A DNA stretch of 55,468 nt. It comes from Bacteroidaceae bacterium. GTDB taxonomy: Bacteria; Bacteroidota; Bacteroidia; Bacteroidales; Bacteroidaceae. Both the position numbers and the translations under genes were made by a program. The notes under the pieces were generated by a model, which saw only the letters and a program-made list of their open reading frames with translations, was not told where the DNA came from and ran no database searches. The stretch is from the NCBI GenBank assembly GCA_045578665.1, contig JAZNKR010000181.1, positions 1 through 55,468 of the forward strand, in the 5' to 3' direction. This document shows, piece after piece, positions 30,020 to 40,400 of the stretch. How positions within the stretch are numbered: position 1 is the stretch's first letter; the number at the start of each line of letters is the position of its first letter.

Positions 30020-30403
30020 ATGTGGTTAGCCTTTGCACAAAGAAACAGTTGCCATCACAGGGAAGCTCTGATGGAACTTGGTTATATAAATTGGACAATG
30101 CACCGAACCAATTTTGAAGTTGGTGATATTGTATTCCTTTTTATGTCTGATGAAAGAAAAGTTGCTTTCAAAACAAAAGTAGTTGCCAAAGATTGTGATA
30201 GAACAGATATTGCTTATTGGCAAGTTAAGCCCAATATGCACTTTACTTACAAGTTGGAATTGGTCAAGGAATACACAGGAAACAAGTTGGATGAAGATGA
30301 TCTAATCCAGCACGGTTTCAAGGGTGGTAGAAGCATACAACATCCTTTGAAGAACAATATTGAATTGCTAAGTTACATTGATTCAGTTTTTGATGAAGAT
30401 TAA
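30020..30403 (+). CDS. Hypothetical small protein (possibly a PUA/EVE/ASCH-like fold; unverified)
   Basis: 127-aa AT-rich ORF (possibly starting at the internal MELGYINW). The stop codon TAA at 30401-30403 is followed after 1 nt by repeat copy 2. Confidence 0.4.
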   Translation: MWLAFAQRNSCHHREALMELGYINWTMHRTNFEVGDIVFLFMSDERKVAFKTKVVAKDCDRTDIAYWQVKPNMHFTYKLELVKEYTGNKLDEDDLIQHGFKGGRSIQHPLKNNIELLSYIDSVFDED

Positions 30404-30404
30404 G

Positions 30405-30640
30405 CCTGTCCATCCGCATTTATAATGCGGATGTATTGAGTATTATCATTTGCAATGCGCTTACATCTGATAATCCAATTGAACCAGTATAAGCGGAGAC
30501 AGATCCGTTTATTAGGGATAATTTCAGTTCCTGCAATATTGTTGTGGGTATAATCAATCTTTTTACAGAATTCCTATTGTATAAATATCTTTGTGTTTAA
30601 TCGCATCGCAGATGCTTATACTCGTCCCTTTGGAAGGGAC
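30405..30640. repeat. Structured dispersed repeat, copy 2 (core 30405-30551, extension, terminal hairpin)
   Basis: Same 5' hairpin and core as copy 1. The extension runs to 30623, followed by hairpin gtccctt-tgg-aagggac (30624-30640). Confidence 0.85.
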
Positions 30641-30643
30641 GGG

Positions 30644-30721
30644 GAAAAACTCTGTTAAATAAGCAGAAATGAACAGCGCAAATATAGAATTATTTTCTAA
30701 TAAAATTCAAATAGCTTCTTA
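30644..30721 (-). repeat. 78-nt promoter-bearing repeat (second copy of 37-114)
   Basis: Contains CAAATATA at 30679-30686, which is TATATTTG on the minus strand and points into repeat copy 2. Confidence 0.7.
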
Positions 30722-30945
30722 ATACTGTTCTGTTATTATCTCATTTCTTGTTATTTCCTTGTTGTTTTTCTTATATTGCTGATTATTAAATATATAAAAC
30801 TTTAAAGGAATAAAAGAATGAAGATTTTCGACCACTCAGGGTGCATTATGTGGGTTAAAAAGTGAGATAATGCACGATTTGTGGTCAAAAACTTTGGTTT
30901 TGGAAAGAAAAGAAGTTACATTTTCGATAGAAAAACAGCAGTGAT

Positions 30946-30990
30946 ATGAATGAATTGATTGGAAGAAACAGGGAGTGTGCAGAACTTGCC
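30946..30990 (+). pseudogene. 15-codon N-terminal stub of an ATPase-like gene, truncated at the repeat boundary
   Basis: ATG AAT GAA TTG ATT GGA AGA AAC AGG GAG TGT GCA GAA CTT GCC encodes MNELIGRNRECAELA, an IGRxxExxxL-type N-terminus of Bacteroidales ATP-binding proteins. It runs directly into cctgtccatccg of copy 3. Confidence 0.45.
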
Positions 30991-31135
30991 TGTCCATCCG
31001 CATTTATAATGCGGATGTATTGAGTATTAGCATTTGCAATGCGTTTGCATCTGATAATCCAATTGAACCAGCATAAGCGGAGACTGATTCGTTTATTAGG
31101 GATGATTTCAGTTCCCACAATGTTGTTATGGGTAT
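30989..31135. repeat. Structured dispersed repeat, copy 3 (core only)
   Basis: The 147-nt core is collinear with copies 1 and 2. It diverges after ...gttatgggtat. Confidence 0.85.
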
Positions 31136-31245
31136 CCTCAATTTTTTGGCGTATAGCTCATTTTCAACCATCGATTTGTACTCTGAAACATTTGAACCTC
31201 TCAATACACCTGTAGGAATGCATGTTTGAGAGGGGTCGCACCCTG

Positions 31246-31253
31246 CAAAGTTA
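31246..31253 (-). promoter_or_regulatory. Candidate minus-strand -7 box (TAACTTTG) pointing into repeat copy 3
   Basis: CAAAGTTA on the plus strand. On the minus strand it is followed by hairpin cctctcaa...ttgagagg (31197-31233) and then the repeat core. Confidence 0.4.
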
Positions 31254-31519
31254 CATTCTGCTATTTTGAGTTATTTGCAGGCGAAATTCTCACGAATTCC
31301 GCCCGACTATTAACATTCTTTAGATTTTCAAGAGCAAAATGGGTTTCGGAGCGATGAATTATATCGAACTCGCGTTAAGATAGGAACATTTTGCTGTTAT
31401 ACTCAGTGTGCAATTTTTGCACATTGTGCATGAAGAAAATGCATAAAGCCCCCCCCAAATAGCATCTTTAACGATTTTACTTCGTATATTAGCGGAGGAA
31501 TAATAATAAGAAGAATAAT

Positions 31520-32095
31520 ATGTACAACTGTCATATTCTTGCAATTGACGACAACGAGGCTCTGCTTCAGACATTGAAGATTATACTGAAAAAGGAGTTT
31601 GCGGTGGTAGGGACAATCTCGCGTCCCAACCTCATTGCAGCCGTACTCAACGGTGGCGACGTAGATGCCATTCTGCTCGATATGAATTTCGACAAGGGCA
31701 GACTCGACTGTGAGGAGGGACTCTATTGGCTCGATGCAATAAAACAGCGCCCCAATCCTCCGGCGGTGATACTGATGACTGCCTTCGGCGACATTGACAT
31801 TGCGGTGCGTGCAATGAAGAAAGGTGCTGACGACTTTGTTACAAAGCCGTGGGACAACAACGAGCTGATAGAGAAAATCGTTGCGGCTGTAAAGAAGCGC
31901 CGCACCGCAATCGGGGAACAGAAGCAGGAACTGAGGGAGGTGCGCGACAACGATACTGCCACCCTCAAGGAACTGGAAAGAGATAGGCTACAGAGGGTGC
32001 TAAAGGAGACGGGGCGCAACATCACCAAAACGGCTGAGATATTGGGAGTGTCGCGCCGCACACTATACAACAAAATAGAGAAATATGGCCTATAG
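31520..32095 (+). CDS. Response regulator: receiver domain plus Fis-type HTH (no AAA+ module; ActR/RegA-like layout)
   Basis: 191 aa. REC motifs (ILAIDDN; ILLDMNF; TAFGD; KPW) and a C-terminal HTH (NITKTAEILGVSRRTLYNKIEKYGL). Confidence 0.85.
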   Translation: MYNCHILAIDDNEALLQTLKIILKKEFAVVGTISRPNLIAAVLNGGDVDAILLDMNFDKGRLDCEEGLYWLDAIKQRPNPPAVILMTAFGDIDIAVRAMKKGADDFVTKPWDNNELIEKIVAAVKKRRTAIGEQKQELREVRDNDTATLKELERDRLQRVLKETGRNITKTAEILGVSRRTLYNKIEKYGL

Positions 32096-33071
32096 CAACT
32101 ATCGCATACAACTGACATTGTATATCGTTGCCATTATAGCCTGCACTGTTGCAATGACACTGTTGGCAAAGGAGGGCGACGACCTCTTGTGGCTGTCGGT
32201 TCCGGCCGCCGCACTGTTGCTGTGTATGTCAAGGCTGGTGAGGCTGATAAACTATCCGATAAGGCAGGTGAAGATGTTTCTGCTCGCTATACGCAGCAAC
32301 GACCACATGGTAAGGATGCCCGAGGCAAAAGACCGTATGTTGCGCGACATGTACGACAACATGAACAAGATTTTGGCACACTATCACGAGAACGAACTTT
32401 CGATTGAGACGAAGAAGCTCTACTACGACCGCATACTGCGCATAATGACGCATGAGATAAGAAACACCGTAACCCCCATCATCACCCTCTCGGACTACTA
32501 CATCGAGAATGGCGCCACGGCAGAGCCCGAAGACATAAAGGAGGGAATGGGAATTATAAACAGCCAGAGCAAAAGCATAAAGCAGTTCCTCGATTCGTAT
32601 CACACTCTCACCCATCTGCCACTGCCCGAGCCTGTGGGTATCTCTATCCCCGAGCTGTTCAACGAAATGTACAGACTCTTCGAAAAGGAGTCGGAGAATG
32701 TAAAGCTGACCATCCACTACCCCGACATGCAGATAACCGCCGACCCTTCGGGCATACGCATCGTTCTCAGCAATCTACTGCGCAACGCGTTGGAGTCGGC
32801 CGCCGCATACGGGGACGGATGTGTGGAGTTGCGTGCCACACTGTGCGAAGGCTATCCGCAGATAACGGTAACAGACAATGGCTGCGGCATCCCCCGTAAC
32901 CGCATAGAGGATATATTCTTTCCTTTCTACACCACAAAAGAGCATGGCAACGGCATTGGGCTATGTCTCAGCCGTCAGATAATGAGGCTCCACGGTGGCG
33001 ACCTCATTGCCGAGAGTTATCCCGATAAACGGCACACCATCTTCACAATGAAATTCGAAACTGCCGGATAG
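32085..33071 (+). CDS. Sensor histidine kinase (2 TM, HisKA plus HATPase_c)
   Basis: 328 aa. H-box THEIRNTVTPI, N-box LLRNALES, G-boxes DNGCGI and GNGIGL. Overlaps the regulator gene by 11 nt. Confidence 0.85.
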   Translation: MAYSNYRIQLTLYIVAIIACTVAMTLLAKEGDDLLWLSVPAAALLLCMSRLVRLINYPIRQVKMFLLAIRSNDHMVRMPEAKDRMLRDMYDNMNKILAHYHENELSIETKKLYYDRILRIMTHEIRNTVTPIITLSDYYIENGATAEPEDIKEGMGIINSQSKSIKQFLDSYHTLTHLPLPEPVGISIPELFNEMYRLFEKESENVKLTIHYPDMQITADPSGIRIVLSNLLRNALESAAAYGDGCVELRATLCEGYPQITVTDNGCGIPRNRIEDIFFPFYTTKEHGNGIGLCLSRQIMRLHGGDLIAESYPDKRHTIFTMKFETAG

Positions 33072-33224
33072 GCTGCCCCGAAACACAAAATTTCTCCTTC
33101 CCCTGGGAACCAAACAGACCGTTGCTTGTTGTATAGATAACCGGATAACCTGCCCTATGCGCATAACACTGCTTTGCAGAGTGAGTGGCAGGTTATCGCG
33201 GTTGTCTACTTATTAACAAGATAG

Positions 33225-34481
<1,257 letters not shown>

Positions 34482-34485
34482 AGAG

Positions 34486-34535
34486 CTGAACAAGAAACGA
34501 TAGACTCAAAAATGGGTCTATCGTTTCTTGTTCAG
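34486..34535 (+). terminator. 20-bp perfect-stem hairpin after eno
   Basis: ctgaacaagaaacgatagac-tcaaaaatgg-gtctatcgtttcttgttcag. There is no clear U-tract, so intrinsic termination is uncertain. Confidence 0.5.
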
Positions 34536-34565
34536 GGTACATGTTAAAGTTTATTTTTATAGCCG

Positions 34566-34613
34566 AGGCGACGCCTATATTCTCAAAAGATAGTGCAAAC
34601 CGAGTGCAATGCG
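34566..34613. repeat. Isolated degenerate copy of the 3794-4253 repeat unit
   Basis: gacgcctatattctcaaaagatagtgcaaaccgagtgcaatgcg compared with gcaacctatattcgcaa...caaagatagtgcaaacgagcgag. Confidence 0.55.
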
Positions 34614-34655
34614 AAATAAAATAGCAATAAGTTCTATTATTAAGAATAAAAACAT

Positions 34656-34663
34656 TAACTTTG
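34656..34663 (+). promoter_or_regulatory. Candidate -7 box (TAACTTTG) for ilvA
   Basis: 42 nt upstream of the ATG at 34705. Confidence 0.5.
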
Positions 34664-34704
34664 CAATCACACTATAAAATAACTTTAACATAAAAGTTAC
34701 CATT

Positions 34705-35901
34705 ATGCTCACACTTGACAGAATCTATCATGCAGCCTACGTTCTTCAGAACGTAATCAGACGCACAGACCTAATCCATGCGCCTAAGCTCAACCCCGCA
34801 AGCAACATATACCTGAAGCCTGAGAATCTTCAGCTTACAGGTTCGTTCAAAATCAGAGGCTCATACTACAAGATTTCGCAGCTCTCTGACGAAGAGAAAG
34901 CCAAAGGAGTAATCGCCTGCTCGGCCGGTAACCACGCGCAGGGTGTTGCTCTCGGAGCAACAAAGAACGGTCTTAAGAGCATCATCTGTCTCCCCAGCAC
35001 AGCCCCCATCTCAAAAGTAGAGGCCACAAGAAACTACGGAGCAGAAATCTGCCTTGTAGACGGTGTGTACGACGATGCCTACCAAAAAGCTCTGGAGCTG
35101 AAAGAGGAACACGGATACACATTCGTACACCCCTTCGACGATGTATCGGTAATCGCAGGACAGGGAACAATCGGTCTTGAACTTATCAACCAGTTGCAGC
35201 AGATCGACGCAGTGATAGTACCCATCGGCGGTGGCGGTCTTATCTCAGGCGTAGCATACGCAATCAAGTCGCTCAACCCCAACATCAAGGTGTACGGTGT
35301 ACAGTCAACAGGTGCTCCCAGCATGTTCAACTCCATCAACAACCGTAAGATTGAGCGTCTGAAATATGTATCTACCATCGCAGACGGCATCGCGGTAAAA
35401 GAGCCCGGTGTAAACACATACGACATCTGCAACAAATATGTAGACGACATTGTAACCGTAACAGACGACGAAGTATCATCTGCAATCCTCAGCCTCATCG
35501 AGCAGCAGAAGCTCATTGCAGAAGGCGCAGGTGCTGTATCAGTGGCAGCGGCCATGTTCAACAAAGTACCCATCGAAGGCAAGAACACAATCTGCCTTGT
35601 TTCGGGAGGTAACATCGACGTAAACATCCTCGACCGAGTAATCAAGCGCGGTCTGCAGACAGCCGGAAGAAACTGCGTACTTACAGTGGAGCTTATCGAC
35701 CGTCCCGGACAGTTGATGAAGGTATCGAGAATAATCTCCGAGAACGGCGGTAATGTCATCGGTGTTCACCACGAGCGTTCAAATGCCAACAGAGACATCA
35801 ACGGATGCTTCCTGCGCATGAACCTCGAGACACGTAACTTCGAGCAGATCGAGAACATCAAGAAGGCCCTCACTGACGAAGGTTTCCACATCTGTCAATA
35901 A
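34705..35901 (+). CDS. ilvA: Threonine ammonia-lyase (short form with one ACT-like regulatory domain)
   Basis: 398 aa. PLP lysine motif TGSFKIRG, plus SAGNHAQG and [13 protein letters not shown]-like C-terminus. Confidence 0.88.
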   Translation: MLTLDRIYHAAYVLQNVIRRTDLIHAPKLNPASNIYLKPENLQLTGSFKIRGSYYKISQLSDEEKAKGVIACSAGNHAQGVALGATKNGLKSIICLPSTAPISKVEATRNYGAEICLVDGVYDDAYQKALELKEEHGYTFVHPFDDVSVIAGQGTIGLELINQLQQIDAVIVPIGGGGLISGVAYAIKSLNPNIKVYGVQSTGAPSMFNSINNRKIERLKYVSTIADGIAVKEPGVNTYDICNKYVDDIVTVTDDEVSSAILSLIEQQKLIAEGAGAVSVAAAMFNKVPIEGKNTICLVSGGNIDVNILDRVIKRGLQTAGRNCVLTVELIDRPGQLMKVSRIISENGGNVIGVHHERSNANRDINGCFLRMNLETRNFEQIENIKKALTDEGFHICQ

Positions 35902-35932
35902 CCATAACAGTATAACCATTAAAAATAGAATC

Positions 35933-36310
35933 ATGATAAAGAAAGTTCACACAGACAACGCGCCTCAGGCAATCGGCCCCTACTCACAGGCAATCATCTG
36001 CGGCAACATGCTCTTCACATCAGGTCAGATAGCAATCAACCCCGCTACAGGTGATGTAGAGGCAACAGACATCGACGGACAGACAACACAGGTGATGAAA
36101 AACCTCGAAGCAGTACTCACAGAGGCTGGAACATCGTTCGAGAACGTTGTGAAGACCACATGCTTCCTCAAGGATATGGGCGACTTTGCTGCATTCAACA
36201 AAATTTACGGCGAGTATTTCACAAGCAAACCCGCCCGCTCATGCGTTGCAGCAAAAACTCTCCCCAAAGATGTGCTTGTTGAAGTTGAGGTAATTGCCGT
36301 TATTAAATAA
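35933..36310 (+). CDS. ridA: RidA/YjgF-family enamine/imine deaminase
   Basis: 125 aa. Motifs [11 protein letters not shown] and [22 protein letters not shown]. Functionally coupled to the upstream ilvA. Confidence 0.88.
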   Translation: MIKKVHTDNAPQAIGPYSQAIICGNMLFTSGQIAINPATGDVEATDIDGQTTQVMKNLEAVLTEAGTSFENVVKTTCFLKDMGDFAAFNKIYGEYFTSKPARSCVAAKTLPKDVLVEVEVIAVIK

Positions 36311-36368
36311 ATAAGCACTTACACAATAAAAATTAACCACTTTTCTTGTCTATTCTGAAAAAAAAATC

Positions 36369-36376
36369 TAACTTTG
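36369..36376 (+). promoter_or_regulatory. Candidate -7 box (TAACTTTG) for rpmH
   Basis: 55 nt upstream of the ATG at 36431. Confidence 0.5.
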
Positions 36377-36430
36377 CAAGCCGAAAAGCAATCTTGCATA
36401 GATTAGTAAACATAAAAACAATATATAAAG

Positions 36431-36592
36431 ATGAAAAGAACATTCCAACCCTCTAACAGAAAGAGAAAGAACAAGCACGGTTTCCGTGAGAGAATGGCGA
36501 CAAAGAACGGTCGTCGCGTATTGGCAGCCCGTCGAGCAAAAGGACGCGCTAAGCTGACAGTTTCAGACGAGTACAATGGAAAGAAAAAATAA
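36431..36592 (+). CDS. rpmH: 50S ribosomal protein L34
   Basis: 53-aa ORF, below the ORF-track cutoff: [53 protein letters not shown]. Confidence 0.9.
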   Translation: MKRTFQPSNRKRKNKHGFRERMATKNGRRVLAARRAKGRAKLTVSDEYNGKKK

Positions 36593-36610
36593 AATCAACT
36601 TCCAAAGCAA

Positions 36611-36648
36611 AGCGGCTGTGTCAAAATCTTGACACAGCCGCTTCTTTT
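36611..36648. terminator. Hairpin terminator between rpmH (+) and the minus-strand efflux operon
   Basis: agcggctgtgtcaa-aatc-ttgacacagccgct followed by tcttttat. Confidence 0.65.
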
Positions 36649-36718
36649 ATAGCTTTTATAGCGGAATCTCATTGACTGTTTGACTATTCCCAAGGGACAG
36701 AGCCCACAAACATCGGTA

Positions 36719-37429
36719 TCAGATAAAATTTTCGCGTTTCTGCAAATTGAGCAGTCCCAACATCATCCACGCTATGCTGCCCACGACAAGGAATATACGG
36801 TTCTTTAGCACTGTATCGCTCCAGATGACTGCATGGATGTTATCGGGCATCGAAAGAGGATTGAGCGTAACATCCCACATGCTGTTCTTTGTAAGCCCCG
36901 TGGAGAAGACAACAGCCACTATGCCGCAGATGATGATGAGTATGGCTGTGGCATTTCCATTGCGCGTTACAGTTGAGAGAAAGAATGCAAGGTTTCCCAT
37001 GAACAGCACAGGATACATCAGCTGATAGGCTATCTCGAACTGATTGACGGGGTATATCAGGTATTTGGCAATCCACGCATAGAGCACCAATATAAAGAAT
37101 ATCTCTATGTAGATGAGAATGAGCCTTGCAAACCACACTTTATACTTGTAGTCGGGTATTCCGAAGAGTATCTCCAGAATGCGGTTGTCGGCATCGTTCT
37201 GTATGCCGAAGACTGCGGGATAGAAAACCAGCAGCAGCGACGGGAAGAAGAGGAAACGGTATACATGCTCGTCGCCGGGGAGCTCGCCACGATAGGCGCT
37301 GTCGAACATGAAGTAGCCGAACAGCGCAAAGGCGGCAAGAAGGAACCATATGAATTTCCCTCCGAAGATTATCTTCATATTATAGACCGATAAACGGAAA
37401 AAGGCTCTGCCTATATTTAATATCTTCAT
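36719..37429 (-). CDS. ABC-2-type integral membrane permease (6 TM), last gene of the operon
   Basis: 236 aa from the internal Met (MKILNIGRAFFRL...), 14 nt after the stop of the upstream gene. The longer ORF-track start at 37513 would overlap that gene by 70 nt. Six hydrophobic helices. Confidence 0.7.
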   Translation of the reverse strand: MKILNIGRAFFRLSVYNMKIIFGGKFIWFLLAAFALFGYFMFDSAYRGELPGDEHVYRFLFFPSLLLVFYPAVFGIQNDADNRILEILFGIPDYKYKVWFARLILIYIEIFFILVLYAWIAKYLIYPVNQFEIAYQLMYPVLFMGNLAFFLSTVTRNGNATAILIIICGIVAVVFSTGLTKNSMWDVTLNPLSMPDNIHAVIWSDTVLKNRIFLVVGSIAWMMLGLLNLQKRENFI

Positions 37430-37443
37430 ATCTCTACTGTGTG

Positions 37444-40400
37444 TTATAGGTTCTTGAGCAGGCAAAGGTATGCATCCTCGAGGTTCTCCTCTACCCTCTC
37501 TGCATTCTCGCACGGTTTCTCGCGCGAGATGTAACGGACTCTTATCTTGTCACCGTTCATCATGTTGTTAACAATAAGTTTCTCGTCGAGTGTATCGAAT
37601 TTTTCGGGTTCGATATCGAACACCCACACTTTGTTCTCGGCAAACTTTGTCATATCGAGCGGGTCGCCATAGTATTTGAGTTCTCCGCGATTGATGACTG
37701 CAACCTGGTTACATGAGCTTGCGATGTCCTCGATGATATGCGTAGAGAATATCACAATGCGGTCACGGCTGAGCTCCACAAGCAGGTTGCGGAAGCGTAT
37801 ACGTTCGCGGGGGTCGAGTCCGGCTGTAGGCTCGTCGACAACAAGTATCCGCGGCAGATGCAACAGTATGAGGGCAATACCTATACGCTGCTTCATACCA
37901 CCCGAGAAGGAGCCTATCTTATGGTCCTTGCGTTCGTACATGTGAACAGCCTTGAGTACATATTCGAGACGCTCCTTGCGCACGATAGGATCGGTGATAC
38001 CCTTGAGCATCGCCTGATAGTCGAGGAATTCCCATGAGGTCATGCTCTCGTACATGCCGAACTCCTGGGGAAGGAATCCGATGAGGCTCTGCAACTCTTC
38101 GCGATACTCGTTTGTATTGAGACCGTTTATCCACACTGTACCGTAGCTCTGTTCGAGGATACCGGTGATGATGCGCATCATAGTAGACTTGCCGGCACCG
38201 TTGGGACCGAGAAGTCCGAACATACCTGTCTTTATCTTGAACGAGACACCTCTGAGTGCCATAAAGGGTGTGCGGCGCTTACCGATGATGGGAATACTCT
38301 TGATGGCTATGAAGAGGCTTCTTCTTGTCTCGGCAAATCTACCGGTGAGACGCTCCACATTTATTCTATGTGCATAGAGATAGTCGGATGTAACCTTCAC
38401 AGCAATGCCCAATGCCCACAAGAGACCGATGACTATTGTTGCCGGAATATTGTCTATCCCGTCGGAGATTATCATCAGGGTTATCAAGGGGAGCAGCAAT
38501 GACACGACCTTGTGCACAAGGTTCACAACACCCTTGTAACGGGTGGTATTGTATTTTAGGTATTCTCTCACCTTCTTCCACAGGTCGTAGAAGCCTGCAC
38601 AGACTGCGAAGGACAACATTATTATCCAGAACTTGTTTTCGAGATAACATGTTACCATGTAGAGTAGGAACAGATATATCACCACCTGCCACAGTACAGA
38701 GACAAAGTCCTTGAGGTGGTGGAACTCGCTGTGCAACCCCAATCGTTTGCGCAGTTTTATTCCGCTCTCCCACTGACGGGTGAACTTGTTGGACCAATCG
38801 TATATCTTTACAAGGTTGCGTATCTCTATCACAATAGGCTCGTTCTCGTCAATAATCTTCTTGTCTGCCATTCGCATCGATGTCTTGATGAAGTATGTGC
38901 AGCCGGGAATGAGCACTGTCAATGCCATTACATAGAGCAGTTGCATGAAGACACCGCTTACATAGAAATAGATGTAGAAGACTCCGAAGAGATAAATCAC
39001 CAGATGCAGGAGGTGCATGGGACGGCTGAGCGAACGGTACCACTTGAGAATATTCTCCAGCGAGAGGTAGACTGTGGGAATGAGTATCAATGTCAGCAGT
39101 GCCGAGAATGTGAGACCACCGATGACCGTCACCGCAAAAGGTGCTCCGATTGCCCCGGCATAGTCCGCATCGCCCATAGCCATAGGCAACATGGCGATTA
39201 CCGTGGTTGCTGTGGTGATAAGTATGGGACGCAGACGGGAATATCCGCTGGTGATGAGTGCCCTGTTGCGGTTATATCCTCTTTTGCGCAAGATGTTCGA
39301 GTAGTCTATGAGGATGATACCGTTGTTCACCACCACTCCCAAAAGTATGAGGAAACCTGTCATGGTGTTGGCATTCATCAGGCTGTTGCCGGTGATGAAG
39401 AGTCCGAGCAGTGAACCTATTGCAGCCAAGGGTATAGTGAAGAGCAGCACAAAGGGAGTGGAGACCGACTCGAAGACAGATGCCAATATCATGAATATGA
39501 GTATCAGCGATGCTATAATCAGGAAGTTGAACTCGCTGAGCGACTCCTCGGTGCGCTGCGTCTCTATGGCTATGCCACTGGGGACGTTGTAGCTTGCTAT
39601 AAGCTGGTCTATCTCGTCACGGTAGCCGTTGAGCACATCTTTGGGCAGATCTTCACTCTGTGTTATACCGTAGAAGATTGTTATCTCGCGGTCGCGGTTG
39701 ACACGGCGTATGCTCGAAATGTCGCGTGTGTATTTTATCGATGCCAACTGCTGCAATTCGTGCAGACCGCCGTTGGCATCGGGAATCATCACCCGACGAA
39801 GGTCTTCAACTGTTTTCTGAATCTTCTTCTGCTTCTTCTCCTCCTCTTCGCTCAGGTCCTCCTTGATGACTATAGCAAATTCGTCGTTATTCAGTTTGAG
39901 ATAGCTGTTAGTCGTCATCTCCTTGTTGAGCGAACTGAGTCCGTTTGTGATGTTCTGCCTTGTTATATTGTATGATGCCAGCAGGATGGGGTCGAAGACA
40001 AGGTGTATCTCGTTGCGGCGACCCGGGTTTGTTGCCCAGTTCCATGCCACAAAATCCATCTCGCGCAGATTGTAGCGTATGTTGTCGGCAATGATGTCCA
40101 TCATATCGAAGTCGGAGCCCTTGATTACAATGCGTTCGCTGTTGTCGCCCACACCAAGCACCCTCATGAAGCGGTTCATGGTGGATGCTGCACTGCTCTG
40201 TCCGCTGTTGGAAGAGCCGGTAGATATGCGTATATCGACGTTGGGCAGCTGCATCAGTTTGTTCAGTTCCTCGACAATTGTGGAAATCTTTCTGCCGCTG
40301 TTCTTGTAGTAGTCGTCCTTCAAGACCAATGTTATGGATGCAGCATCCTCCTGTATGCGGCAGATGACCTCCTTCTTCTCGGGGAAGCTGTCGAGTTTCT

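Noticed and set aside
29619-31135. The possibility that the three repeats form a CRISPR array, an integron attC (CALIN) array or a DGR TR/VR set.
   Set aside because: CRISPR is excluded because the repeats are at least 147 nt, the spacers are unequal (~540 and ~340 nt) and there are no cas genes. An attC array is excluded because there are no RYYYAAC/GTTRRRY ends or attC-type symmetry. A DGR is excluded because copy differences are not restricted to adenines and no reverse transcriptase is present.
31520-32095. Treating the REC plus Fis-HTH response regulator without an AAA+ sigma-54 module as a novel truncated NtrC.
   Set aside because: REC plus HTH_8 proteins of ~185 aa (ActR/RegA/PrrA-like) are a known architecture. 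The gene is intact and translationally coupled to its kinase.
34486-34535. The 20-bp perfect hairpin after eno as a possible inverted-repeat mobile element or regulatory switch.
   Set aside because: It is a single copy with no flanking duplications, located directly after a stop codon. The simplest reading is a transcription terminator or mRNA stabiliser.
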